DNA of 38,732 nucleotides. It comes from a virus (Duplodnaviria; Heunggongvirae; Uroviricota; Caudoviricetes). Position 1 is the stretch's first letter, and every line of letters starts with the position of its first letter. Shown piece by piece: positions 1-8,789 of this stretch. The notes beneath the pieces were generated by a model. The model did no database searches. It was not told the DNA's origin and saw nothing but the letters and a program-made list of their open reading frames with translations. The DNA is taken from the IMG/VR virus record IMGVR_UViG_2718218126_000001. The stretch is one strand, 5' to 3'. Made by a program: the position numbers and the translations under genes.

Positions 1-798
1 TTAATGAACATTCGTCGCCGAAAACGAGTCTGTATCATTAGTGCGATGCAGTCTCTGCAAAGGATCTTGTTGATAAAATTGGCAGAAACGTTGCCACAAT
101 GAAGGGAAACGAGGAGCAAAAAGTTCTGGGGCGCTAAAGAAATATTCAGAAAGTACGGCAAAACATTCAGCAGGATCACTGGCAGCATAAGCATCAATGC
201 TCGCCGCATTCTCGCCAACCAATTCGATTTCTTCCTGAATGTTGTTCATTGCAGCATGAAGATCGTGTTCCCAGCCAGCAACCTCACGCAACGGAATAAA
301 GGGAACTCCGCTGGCGCGATCGCCGTTACGGGTGTCCAGCTTATGAGCGACTTCATGAATAATCAGGTTAAAACCAGAAGCATCAAAAGAATCTTGTATA
401 TCCAACCAGTTCAAAACGATAGGCCCTTGCTGCCAGCTCTGACCTGACTGAACAATACGTTGGTTATGCACCAGACCGATATCGTCTTCCCATTCATCAT
501 CGACCACAAATGGCGCAGGATAAATTAAGACTTCATGAAAACCATCCAGCCATTCCAGTCCTAACTCCAGAACGGGTAGGCAAAATAGAAGTGCTATCCG
601 GCAGCTTCTTAATGAATCCAGTTCAAAGCCCTGTAAAGGAACAAGCCGCTTTTGCTGTAAAAAACGTTCGGCAAGAGTGACTAATTTGCTTTGTTCCTGT
701 TCCGTCAGACACGTTAAAAGGGGGATCGATAGTGCTTCCTGCCAGGGAAGGGCAGTTTGATGTGCTGATTCTTGTACTTTCCAGGGCCACTTAATCAT
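1..798 (-). CDS. mtfA: Mlc titration factor MtfA (host gene, complete; stop codon at 1-3)
   Basis: ORF 1..837 matches MtfA/YeeI over its full length ([20 protein letters not shown]..., HEVAHKLD zinc-peptidase-like motif). Start assigned to the internal ATG at 796-798, giving 265 aa. Confidence 0.85.
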
Positions 799-891
799 CG
801 TTTTGCTCGCAAACTCGTCACTTGAACAAAATTGCACGGACAGGGACTGTTAAAATGCCAAATTTCCTGGCATCATGGCAACCATCTGAAC

Positions 892-981
892 GGAGAGATG
901 CCGGAGCGGCTGAACGGACCGGTCTCGAAAACCGGAGTAGGGGCAACTCTACCGGGGGTTCAAATCCCCCTCTCTCCGCCA
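892..981 (+). tRNA. serU: tRNA-Ser (anticodon CGA), 90 nt with long variable arm and encoded CCA
   Basis: GGAGAGATGCCGGAGCGGCTGAACGGACCGGTCTCGAAAACCGGAGTAGGGGCAACTCTACCGGGGGTTCAAATCCCCCTCTCTCCGCCA. Anticodon loop CT-CGA-AA; class II tRNA architecture. Confidence 0.9.
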
Positions 982-1038
982 CTTTATCAATGACTTACGT
1001 CACTCACTTTTCACCGTCGATCCCCCTGTTAGAACGGA

Positions 1039-1061
1039 CTTAGAATATTCACTTAGAATTA
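1039..1061. repeat. Two direct copies of ACTTAGAAT between tRNA and int; possible integrase arm-type sites
   Basis: acttagaatattcacttagaat seen in sequence directly upstream of the int stop. Function is inferred. Confidence 0.25.
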
Positions 1062-1066
1062 GACCG

Positions 1067-2095
1067 TCACGGGTTTCTGCTCAGAACTGTGACATCCAGC
1101 ACCGGAATATCCAGAGTCGGAGAAACTGCAGGTTTGCGATCATACGTCAGCACCTGCGCCTCAGTTTTGTGACCAGAGAACAACTGCTTTTCTTTACTGC
1201 TTCCGTCGTAGTCTGAGATCCCCTTCGCTTTTAAATCGTGAAACGTTCCCGTAATCGGGTAGCCCAGCTTTTCACTTGCCGCCGCCCTGGCTTTACGCCA
1301 GATATCGTTAAATCCGGTATAACTGTATTGCCCGCCATATTTGTTACAGACCACGAAATGTTGTCCTCCCAACGATTTCGCCTGCTCAAGTGCGAACGTC
1401 AGTCGCTCTGAATACTGTTTGATCTGCTTTTTGCCAGTCTTACCCTGTTGGATAAACAAACCCTTACTCATAACCTGATCCCACGTCAGCTTTCGTATAT
1501 CGCCGATCCGCGTGGCGCACAGATAGGCGATCTCCATCGCGCACTGTAAAACGGGAGATGCCTCCTGATAAATTGCGATATATTCCTCGTCCGTGAAATA
1601 GTAGTCGCGGGGCTTGAGGGAAAATTTACTGACGCCCTGGCATGGATTCCCTTTTACGTATCCGCGTTCGTATCCCCAGCGGAATACTCGCGACATACTG
1701 GCTTTTTCATGGTTCGCCTGTGTTTTGCTTTTCAGCCCCCGCTTGTCCATATACAGCCGCACGTGAGCAGGTTTTATGTTGTCGGCTTTCATTTTCCCGA
1801 ACGCGGCGAGTAATTTCTTCTGGTGCTGCAGATAATCCTTTTGTGTACGCTGACCGAGTTCCAGATAGTAGGTGCTGTTGAGAAATTTGTTCCAGAGTTT
1901 ACTGAACGTCATGACATCAATAGCATCATTCAGGATCTCTTCGTATTTCACCCATACCTGAGCAATTGACAGATCATTAATTTTACCCAGCGTAATACAC
2001 TCTCGGGGCGTTGGTTTGAAATAATAGCTGTATTTGTTTTTATAAACGCGGGGTGGCAGCTTATTATCTTCCGCGCTTTTTCGTGTTCTGCTCAT
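1067..2095 (-). CDS. int: Phage integrase, tyrosine recombinase family
   Basis: 342 aa with RIGD, HDLKAKG and C-terminal LTYDRK-type catalytic Tyr region. Adjacent to tRNA; ATGA overlap with upstream gene. Confidence 0.9.
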   Translation of the reverse strand: MSRTRKSAEDNKLPPRVYKNKYSYYFKPTPRECITLGKINDLSIAQVWVKYEEILNDAIDVMTFSKLWNKFLNSTYYLELGQRTQKDYLQHQKKLLAAFGKMKADNIKPAHVRLYMDKRGLKSKTQANHEKASMSRVFRWGYERGYVKGNPCQGVSKFSLKPRDYYFTDEEYIAIYQEASPVLQCAMEIAYLCATRIGDIRKLTWDQVMSKGLFIQQGKTGKKQIKQYSERLTFALEQAKSLGGQHFVVCNKYGGQYSYTGFNDIWRKARAAASEKLGYPITGTFHDLKAKGISDYDGSSKEKQLFSGHKTEAQVLTYDRKPAVSPTLDIPVLDVTVLSRNP

Positions 2096-2310
2096 CAGAT
2101 TGCATCAAAATTTGGTTGTTCTTCTTCGGCAATCTGCACGGACCTTGCTCCGGACAGCGCAGCGTTTACATGCGTCCATGTGACGCGAGGTCGCCCATCG
2201 CGGCGTTTTACATAAGAGATCCCGGCACGGGTCAGGGCGCCGCATTGTTTTGACGGGAACTGGTAGCCGGTCAGTTCAACCAGTTCCTCGTCGTTTAACA
2301 GATCGTTCAT
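2095..2310 (-). CDS. DUF4224-like small protein (excisionase-like position)
   Basis: 71 aa with LVELTGYQFPSKQ motif typical of DUF4224 proteins found beside integrases. RBS GAGGAAAG upstream; stop overlaps int start. Confidence 0.5.
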   Translation of the reverse strand: MNDLLNDEELVELTGYQFPSKQCGALTRAGISYVKRRDGRPRVTWTHVNAALSGARSVQIAEEEQPNFDAI

Positions 2311-2470
2311 GGTCTTTCCTCATTATGTAGCTTATTGCGTCATCTGCCACATGGCAGGCACGGGCAATATCAGACTCGGTCAAGGCCTGTTTCCTGACGC
2401 TGGCCGACAGTCGGCCAATTTTGATATCAAATGCGGAGAGCAGAGTTGCTCCCGGTTGCCATCGCAGCAT
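2276..2470 (-). CDS. Hypothetical small protein (64 aa from internal ATG; possible small DNA-binding or directionality factor)
   Basis: ORF 2276..2500; ATG at 2468-2470 is preceded by AGGAGG at 6-nt spacing. Function unknown. Confidence 0.35.
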   Translation of the reverse strand: MLRWQPGATLLSAFDIKIGRLSASVRKQALTESDIARACHVADDAISYIMRKDHERSVKRRGTG

Positions 2471-2519
2471 TGTGATCCTCCTGTTACTGGTGAATCGCAA
2501 TGCTAGCGATGGTGAGTTT

Positions 2520-2702
2520 TTATTTCTGATTAGGCGTAATCAGTTCTGGTGGGGGGAATGCCGATTTCTCCCGCGTGACCTTAATGTTTTCTGGCAGGTG
2601 TAGCCCAAGTTCGCAGCGACTCCGTGCTTCAATAATGCCATTGGTACCATCGGCAAGTACCAGGTGAACCGCGTCACCACGCTTTAATGTGAGTTTAAGC
2701 AT
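2520..2702 (-). CDS. CsrA/RsmA-like small RNA-binding protein (putative)
   Basis: 60 aa: MLKLTLKRGD...GLHLPENIKVTREKSAF aligns by eye with CsrA MLILTRRVGE...GVNAPKEVSVHREEIY. 1-nt TAATG overlap with upstream gene. Confidence 0.4.
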   Translation of the reverse strand: MLKLTLKRGDAVHLVLADGTNGIIEARSRCELGLHLPENIKVTREKSAFPPPELITPNQK

Positions 2703-3271
2703 TAGCGTACCCTCAGCGAACGTTCGCCGCGTTCCAGATGTGCGCCTGGTACCGGGTTTAATAACTCGGCTGGTGGTGTTTCTCCACGCGCCAGTATTTC
2801 GGCGGCAACCGCCTCCGCAGATTCAATCACTTCTTTAATGGCTCGCTTGTTTGGTGTAATAACCGTTTCTACATCAACAAGTGACACGCCTTCATACTCA
2901 TCCGGGATCTTATCTTTGCTATCGATAATTACCCGGATAGCCCCCTGTGCATCAGTAAATGTGTTTTTTGCGGTTTTTAGTTTATCCAGGCCAGCAGCTT
3001 GCTGGCAGGCGAGCATATGCTTCCGAATTGCTTTTTCCTTGCCTTCAAAGGACGTCTTACGGGTAGCCAGGCGAGACATTTCTTCAGCGCAGGTACTGGC
3101 ATTGCCCTGTAAATTGCGGCAGATGACCATCATGGCGTCCAGTTTGTCTCCCAGTTCTCCTTCCATACCTTCAAGTGTGTCGGCGATCATCTCTGGCGTC
3201 AGTTCGTCGGAGGTTTCCAGCAGGTCAATCAGGCTGGCGTATTCTTTTGCAATAGCGATAGCGGTGCTCAT
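2702..3271 (-). CDS. Phage protein, Siphovirus Gp157-like (putative; recombination-module associated)
   Basis: 189 aa; N-terminal IAKEYASLIDLLETSDE...DTLEGMEGEL pattern recalled from the Gp157 family. RBS AGGAG; translationally coupled to neighbours. Confidence 0.45.
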   Translation of the reverse strand: MSTAIAIAKEYASLIDLLETSDELTPEMIADTLEGMEGELGDKLDAMMVICRNLQGNASTCAEEMSRLATRKTSFEGKEKAIRKHMLACQQAAGLDKLKTAKNTFTDAQGAIRVIIDSKDKIPDEYEGVSLVDVETVITPNKRAIKEVIESAEAVAAEILARGETPPAELLNPVPGAHLERGERSLRVR

Positions 3272-5484
3272 GCTGTTTGCTCCTGTGCGGCGGCGAGAGC
3301 GGCGAGGCGTTCGGTTTTGATGTCGCTGATACGGCGCAGACGTGATCCCAGATACGATGAATATTCTTTATCGCCTTTGGCTTCCGCTGCTTTCCTGTGT
3401 ACATCCACTTCGCGGGCGATGAGGCCAAATACCTTGTTTACTTCGTTGGCGGTTACCGCGGCGGCCAGCGTATTGGCAACGTTGATAAGCTTCTCATCCA
3501 GTTCCTTACGCAGACGGGTAGCATCTTCCGCATTTTCGCTGGCATTCTTGATATCAAACTCAGCTTTATTCCTCTGGCGGTATTCCGGATTGTCGTACAG
3601 GCCCATGAAAATATCGGCGCTGAATCCGAGAGGGGATAGCGCTTTCTTAACAGCATCCGTCCAGGATTTCTTCGGCGCTTCGCCGTCGCTTGTTGGTCCG
3701 TATTTAGTGTCGTAGATATAAGGTGTGCATCCGTAAGCCTCGGACTCACCGCGCACTCCATTCAATATGTACCAGACTCTAACTTTCATGGTGTGGTGCA
3801 TTTCACATAGGTACCCGCCAACACCGTCTTGAATCAGATCCCATTCTATTTTTTCACCAACCTGTTTTTTGCGAACTATCGGTGCGCCTTTATCAAAACG
3901 CTCTTCCACCACCTCTACACCCCAGCCAATACCAAACGGCCCAAATTCGCGAGTCGCTTTCATCGCTATATAAGTGCCGTTGATGGATGTGCCGCCGCCG
4001 TTCTGAGAGAAAGCACTGGTGAAGCGCTCATCGGTTTTGAATACGTTCTTCCACAATGCCAGGTTATCTGTGTCGTCGGAGTCCTTTAACTCCGTTTCGA
4101 TAGCTGAGATTGCATTCTGCCGCTTGTGCTCTTCGGTATGGACCCGCTCAACCAGCGCGTCAACGTTCTGCACCAGATCCTTTACCTGCTCGCTAAGTTT
4201 TTCTTGTGGAGGAGTCTCTTCTGCCAGGGTAATTGCTGCAGGTTCCCTCTGTGATACGGCGTTATTTTCAGGTACGTCATACACATGGCGAGGCGTGACA
4301 AACTGCTCACGCAACTGCTGCAAACTACGTTCTCCAGCATTTGCAGCTTCGCTTTTTTCGCCCTGATTTGAGGGTGTTTCTGACATCATCCCATCAATTG
4401 AGAATCGTCCGCCGCCGTGGTTGGTGACTTTTACATCATCCTTTGGTGCTGCTTCCTTTGGCTTCTCTTCAACAGCATTTGCATCACGCTGCCCGTTAGC
4501 TTGCAGCCAGTTGTCGATGTGACTGCGCAGGGATTGTGGGAAGTGGTACGTGTCTTTTGCGGGGGCGCTCTGAATAACACCGAATACTGATGCACGGTCA
4601 TAGGCAAGGATCTGATCCGTTGTGCGCAAGGCCATTGACCAGCGTTTAAAATCTTCCCTGTCCTGACTGATTATTTCGTCTGCCGCTTTCAGGATGCTGG
4701 GGGTGATTTTTTCCGGGCCAACGGGTAACAGGGCGCAGGCAATTTCACGATCCAGTGTGGCGTGAGTCTGTTGGTAAGGACGTGCGGATGCTGTTTCTGG
4801 TTTTACCTCCGGCAGCATTTCATCGCGTTTACCGGGATTCTCTACCCATTTTTTTATAAATTTGGAGATAGTCCAACTGGTCGGGTTTTGTTCCTGGGTA
4901 TCGCAACTTGCCAAAATTGCATGTACCAGATTATTCAATCCAGCAATATGCATGTACTCGATGGGCTTACACGCCACCATGGCATCAAGAACGATGCGGT
5001 TAAACGCGTCAACCTCATCCTCACTGTCAGTATCACTGTTGTCGAGCATCTCCAGGTATTCACGCGTCTGCGCAAGCAATTCACTGTCGACTTCGTTGGC
5101 ATCGTGGCTGAACAGCAGGACGGCGGCGAAGCGTTCACGAGCAGGCAGTTTCATCAGGTCGCTAACCTGTGAGATATCTGCTGAACTGCAACCTGAATCA
5201 ACAGGAGTGTTAACTACCCATCTCTCGCCATCAAAACTGTGTTCTGTGGCAAACGTCTCATCAAACTCACCGACGCCTGGGCGCGGTTGGCCCGGGGCAT
5301 CTTCCCAGATTTTAGGTTTGAAATAGTTGTCGCCGTGGTCAGGGTAGGCTTCCCACAATTTGCCGATGATGATGTTCTCGGCAACTTTTTTGTTAGGGGC
5401 GTCGATGGCGATGGCCAGCGCCGGGATCGCGCCGTTTTTGAGCGCACCTTTTTTCGCTTCTAACAAGCCGTTAAAAATGGTCAT
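3268..5484 (-). CDS. Large early protein with Rad52/Sak-type single-strand annealing domain and ~450-aa N-terminal extension
   Basis: 738 aa. Residues ~480-640 carry Rad52 signatures (GPFGIGWGVEV, KKSWTDAVKKALSPLGFSADIFMGLYD). RBS GAGGAAAG before the ATG at 5482-5484. Confidence 0.6.
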   Translation of the reverse strand: MTIFNGLLEAKKGALKNGAIPALAIAIDAPNKKVAENIIIGKLWEAYPDHGDNYFKPKIWEDAPGQPRPGVGEFDETFATEHSFDGERWVVNTPVDSGCSSADISQVSDLMKLPARERFAAVLLFSHDANEVDSELLAQTREYLEMLDNSDTDSEDEVDAFNRIVLDAMVACKPIEYMHIAGLNNLVHAILASCDTQEQNPTSWTISKFIKKWVENPGKRDEMLPEVKPETASARPYQQTHATLDREIACALLPVGPEKITPSILKAADEIISQDREDFKRWSMALRTTDQILAYDRASVFGVIQSAPAKDTYHFPQSLRSHIDNWLQANGQRDANAVEEKPKEAAPKDDVKVTNHGGGRFSIDGMMSETPSNQGEKSEAANAGERSLQQLREQFVTPRHVYDVPENNAVSQREPAAITLAEETPPQEKLSEQVKDLVQNVDALVERVHTEEHKRQNAISAIETELKDSDDTDNLALWKNVFKTDERFTSAFSQNGGGTSINGTYIAMKATREFGPFGIGWGVEVVEERFDKGAPIVRKKQVGEKIEWDLIQDGVGGYLCEMHHTMKVRVWYILNGVRGESEAYGCTPYIYDTKYGPTSDGEAPKKSWTDAVKKALSPLGFSADIFMGLYDNPEYRQRNKAEFDIKNASENAEDATRLRKELDEKLINVANTLAAAVTANEVNKVFGLIAREVDVHRKAAEAKGDKEYSSYLGSRLRRISDIKTERLAALAAAQEQTA

Positions 5485-5617
5485 TGGTCTTTCCTCATTA
5501 CAGGTCAGTGGTCTTTAGTAGGGGATTTCAACGGTATCTGGCGTGTATTCGATGCAAAGTAACTGAATCGCCCCGGGAATCCTGGAGACTAAACTCCTTG
5601 AGAGAGAGGTAAACAGG

Positions 5618-5944
5618 ATGACTAAAAATACGCGCTTTTCCCCTGAGGTCCGTCAGCGGGCCGTTCGTATGGTTATCGAAAGCCAGAATGACTATGACTC
5701 GCAGTGGGCGGCCATCAGCTCCATCGCCCCTAAAATCGGCTGTACGCCTGAGACCCTGCGTACCTGGCTGCGTCAGTATGAGCGCGATGCCGGTGCAGGT
5801 GACGGCGGACTGAGCACCACTGAACGTCAGCGTCTGAAGGAACTGGAGCGTGAAAACCGCGAACTGCGCCGCAGCAACGATATCCTGCGCCAGGCTTCCG
5901 CGTATTTTGCGAAGGCGGAGTTCGACCGCCTGTGGAAAAAATAG
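5618..5944 (+). CDS. IS3-family transposase OrfA (HTH)
   Basis: 108 aa [19 protein letters not shown]...[31 protein letters not shown]; leucine-zipper-like C-terminus typical of IS3 OrfA. Confidence 0.9.
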   Translation: MTKNTRFSPEVRQRAVRMVIESQNDYDSQWAAISSIAPKIGCTPETLRTWLRQYERDAGAGDGGLSTTERQRLKELERENRELRRSNDILRQASAYFAKAEFDRLWKK

Positions 5945-6831
5945 CGCCTCTGGTGGATACCCTGCGTGGTGCGCACGGGGTCGGACCGGTATGCCACGAG
6001 CTGGCTGTCGCCCCGTCAACGTATTACCGGCATCGTGCGCATCAACGGCATCCGGATAAACGCAGTCAGCGGGCACAGCGTGATGACCTGCTGAAGCCGG
6101 AGATACAGCGCGTGTACGATGAAAACCACAGCGTGTACGGTGTGCGCAAGGTCTGGCGCCAGTTGTTGCGTGAGGGGGTGACCGTGGCCAGGTGCACAGT
6201 AGAACGGCTGATGAAGGTGATGGGGCTTGCCGGTGTGCGCCGGGGTAAAAAGGTCCGCACCACAGTCAGCCGGAAAGAAGCCGCTGCGGGTGACCGGGTG
6301 AACCGCCAGTTCGTGGCAGAACGCCCCGACCAGCTGTGGGTGGCTGACTTCACGTATGTGAGCACCTGGCAGGGCTTCGCTTACGTGGCGTTCATCATCG
6401 ATGTGTTCGCCGGCGTCATTGTGGGCTGGCGGGTCTCATCGTCGATGAAAACGACGTTCGTGCTGGATGCACTGGAGCAGGCGCTGTGGGCCCGTCGCCC
6501 GTCGGGCACCATCCATCACTCAGATAAGGGGTCACAATATGTGTCGCTGGCATACACTCAGCGGCTTAAGGATGCAGAGTTGCTGGCGTCAACCGGCAGC
6601 ACAGGCGACTCATATGACAACGCGATGGCGGAGAGCATCAACGGACTTTATAAAGCGGAGGTGATACATCGTAAGAGCTGGAAAAACCGCGCCGAAGTGG
6701 AACTGGCCACACTGACGTGGGTGGACTGGTACAATAACCGACGGTTGCTGGAACGACTGGGTCATATCCCGCCGGCAGAAGCGGAAAAGGCATATTACGC
6801 TTCCATCGGAAATGGTGGTCTGGCAGCCTGA
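5932..6831 (+). CDS. IS3-family transposase OrfB (DDE catalytic domain), expressed as OrfAB by -1 frameshift in the A-run at 5936-5941
   Basis: 299 aa in the -1 frame relative to orfA, overlapping at TGGAAAAAATAG. Contains [18 protein letters not shown] and [15 protein letters not shown] motifs of the DDE core. Confidence 0.85.
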   Translation: MEKIAPLVDTLRGAHGVGPVCHELAVAPSTYYRHRAHQRHPDKRSQRAQRDDLLKPEIQRVYDENHSVYGVRKVWRQLLREGVTVARCTVERLMKVMGLAGVRRGKKVRTTVSRKEAAAGDRVNRQFVAERPDQLWVADFTYVSTWQGFAYVAFIIDVFAGVIVGWRVSSSMKTTFVLDALEQALWARRPSGTIHHSDKGSQYVSLAYTQRLKDAELLASTGSTGDSYDNAMAESINGLYKAEVIHRKSWKNRAEVELATLTWVDWYNNRRLLERLGHIPPAEAEKAYYASIGNGGLAA

Positions 6832-6873
6832 GTTCACAGATAAAACACTCTCCCGGAAAACCGGGGCGGTTCA

Positions 6874-7128
6874 AACGCGATGGCGGAGAGCATCAACGGA
6901 CTTTATAAAGCGGAGGTGATACATCGTAAGAGCTGGAAAAACCGCGCCGAAGTGGAACTGGCCACACTGACGTGGGTGGACTGGTACAATAACCGACGGT
7001 TGCTGGAACGACTGGGTCATATCCCGCCGGCAGAAGCGGAAAAGGCATATTACGCTTCCATCGGAAATGGTGGTCTGGCAGCCTGAGTTCACAGATAAAA
7101 CACTCTCCCGGAAAACCGGGGCGGTTCA
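6874..7128 (+). repeat. Tandem 255-bp duplicate of the IS right end (copy of 6619..6873), including a second right terminal repeat
   Basis: Exact repeat seen in sequence; ORF 6880..7086 duplicates the last 68 aa of OrfB. Most likely a remnant of a second IS copy after rearrangement. Confidence 0.85.
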
Positions 7129-7184
7129 GAAATGTCCGCTCTCTCATCCTCTGGACAGAATGCGGCGCAGCTCGCCATGCCAAA

Positions 7185-7688
7185 ATGCTGGAAACAGAAC
7201 AGGCCTGGGAAGTTTTCGAAAAGCTGGAAGATTGTTATTTTAGACAGCGTCCAGAGAGGCGGAGTACAACTACCGATGACCGTACTCCCTTACGTGATGC
7301 CGTTAATATGCTGGTCGGTAAGAAAGGCATGATGTATCCCGATGCCTACACCATGATTCATCAACGCTTCGCCGTCTCTCACATAGAACAACTGTCACAG
7401 ACGCAAATGTTAGAGGCGATTGAATACATCCACTGCCTGCTACTCGATGAAAATCAGCCAACCATTCCAGATTTTTCTTTTATCACCACTATCAAAAATG
7501 GAAAAGTGACCAGGATGCGCCATGTTGCCAAAGGCGAACATCTGATGACGTTTGACGCTTTCAAAGAGATCGCTGAGCGGGCAGGGTATCTGGTGATCCA
7601 CAGCGACAACCTGCGAAGTATGACGCTGGATAAATTGATGGTAATGGGGAAAAAGTCGGTTGTATCCGTTGCTGATTCAGCATTTTGA
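7185..7688 (+). CDS. Phage regulatory / antirepressor-like protein, probably 5'-truncated by the IS-associated rearrangement
   Basis: 167 aa from ATG 7185, but the same frame is open back to the IS end at 7129 with no upstream start. Functional assignment weak. Confidence 0.35.
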   Translation: MLETEQAWEVFEKLEDCYFRQRPERRSTTTDDRTPLRDAVNMLVGKKGMMYPDAYTMIHQRFAVSHIEQLSQTQMLEAIEYIHCLLLDENQPTIPDFSFITTIKNGKVTRMRHVAKGEHLMTFDAFKEIAERAGYLVIHSDNLRSMTLDKLMVMGKKSVVSVADSAF

Positions 7689-7720
7689 CAGGTTGAATGT
7701 TTGGCGCGGTTATACTCTAT

Positions 7721-7797
7721 TTGCGCTTAAAAAGGTATTTAGTCACAACCAGCACGAGGCCGAATACTCTGTCAAAGTACCGCCCATGTAAAACTGT
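7721..7797. repeat. Direct repeat copy A (~77 bp, ~93% identical to 11322..11398); decayed copy of the 3' end of the membrane-protein gene
   Basis: ttgcgcttaaaaaggtatttagtcacaaccagcacgaggccgaatac... versus copy B; 4 mismatches and a 1-bp deletion that breaks the reading frame. Confidence 0.8.
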
Positions 7798-7865
7798 TAC
7801 GTATGTACTTGATGACTAAGCTGGCACCAGGTTAACACCAGGCGCCAGCTTGAAGGAAACTTCAG

Positions 7866-8789
7866 TTATTGGTTTCTGAGGAAAGCGATTCTTGAAAGGG
7901 TCATTTGCGTCTGGCAGTCGACCATTTTCTTGACTTCAGCATCTGTTCCCTGCATTGAAACTTTACCGCACATAGCATCCTTAGTTTTGATCCACTGACG
8001 CTGAGAAGGCAGCAACTCTTTTTTCTTCGCCGGCGTTAACCTGCCCCAGACTGTATTCAAATCAGAGTCAGCATTCGCAAATGCCATTCGGGACTGATCA
8101 AGGCTTTCAGCTTTTTGCGGCTGAAGTTGTGCCTGCCTCTCTATTTGCTTCTCCGCCTCATACCTGGCCTGTTCCTGTGCCCTGAGTTGCACCTGTTGTT
8201 CCGCTTCAATTTGACTCTGTTGGGCATCCTTAGCCTGCTGGATTTTCTGCTGCTCAACGATCGGGTTGATAATGGAAAGCGATGTCAGTAAAGCGGCGCC
8301 CACTGATATCGGATTATCAGAAGAGGTTTTTACAAAAACGTTTTTCTGATCGTCGGTCGCCTGCACGGTGTAGGTGATACGTTTTGAAAAGGCGTTTGCG
8401 TTGTTCTCCAAAAACAGATTTTCCATTTGCTTATCGAGATTACGATTAAAATTCTTTCTGTAAGCATCAGAAAGCTGGACGTACTCGTTCGCAGGTAGAG
8501 TCATCGTCACGGTCCCTTCACAAGTTTTCATTGTGCTGCCCGTGTCACTTGATGTTGTGGAGATTTCAGAGACGGCTAGTTTGATCTTGTCCAGTGTGCT
8601 TCGTTTGGTCTGATTAGTGACATCAGGGTATTTATCGACCTGTTCAGAGAGTCCTTCATAAGCAGATTTTTTTAATAAATCCATGAGAGCTGATTGGGTC
8701 ATTTCCGAAGAACAACCGATCTCATCTTTTTTGTTATCACAGCCTGTAAGGGCAATGGCGAGTAAGAGTACTGAGTATTTTAATCTCAT
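7866..8789 (-). CDS. Lipoprotein with C-terminal DUF1311 (LprI-like lysozyme-inhibitor) domain, putative
   Basis: 307 aa; signal peptide plus lipobox LAIALTGC; Gln-rich coiled-coil middle; C-terminal ...DLNTVWGRL...QRQWIKTKDAMC...MVDCQTQMTLSRIAFL resembles DUF1311. Confidence 0.55.
   Translation of the reverse strand: MRLKYSVLLLAIALTGCDNKKDEIGCSSEMTQSALMDLLKKSAYEGLSEQVDKYPDVTNQTKRSTLDKIKLAVSEISTTSSDTGSTMKTCEGTVTMTLPANEYVQLSDAYRKNFNRNLDKQMENLFLENNANAFSKRITYTVQATDDQKNVFVKTSSDNPISVGAALLTSLSIINPIVEQQKIQQAKDAQQSQIEAEQQVQLRAQEQARYEAEKQIERQAQLQPQKAESLDQSRMAFANADSDLNTVWGRLTPAKKKELLPSQRQWIKTKDAMCGKVSMQGTDAEVKKMVDCQTQMTLSRIAFLRNQ

Larger units (their letters stand above)
5564..6873 (+). mobile_element. 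IS3-family insertion sequence, IS629/IS1203-like, 1310 bp, apparently intact
   Basis: Left end TGAATCGCCCCGGG at 5564, right end ...CCGGGGCGGTTCA at 6873 (terminal inverted repeats). orfA/orfB with A6 frameshift site. No clean target-site duplication. Confidence 0.85.

Noticed and set aside
822-1043. 73-aa plus-strand ORF
   Set aside because: Overlaps the tRNA-Ser gene and translates tRNA sequence; no RBS.
1642-1881. 79-aa plus-strand ORF
   Set aside because: Antisense inside the integrase gene.
3225-3761. Several 67-132 aa ORFs on both strands
   Set aside because: Embedded in alternative frames of the 738-aa recombination gene; low-complexity Ser/Arg-rich translations.
6066-7183. Minus-strand ORFs inside the IS and its duplicated end
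   Set aside because: Antisense to the transposase; the duplicated pair simply reflects the tandem repeat.
7132-7332. 66-aa ORF starting at ATG 7132
   Set aside because: Overlaps in another frame the longer, more protein-like frame continuing to 7688.
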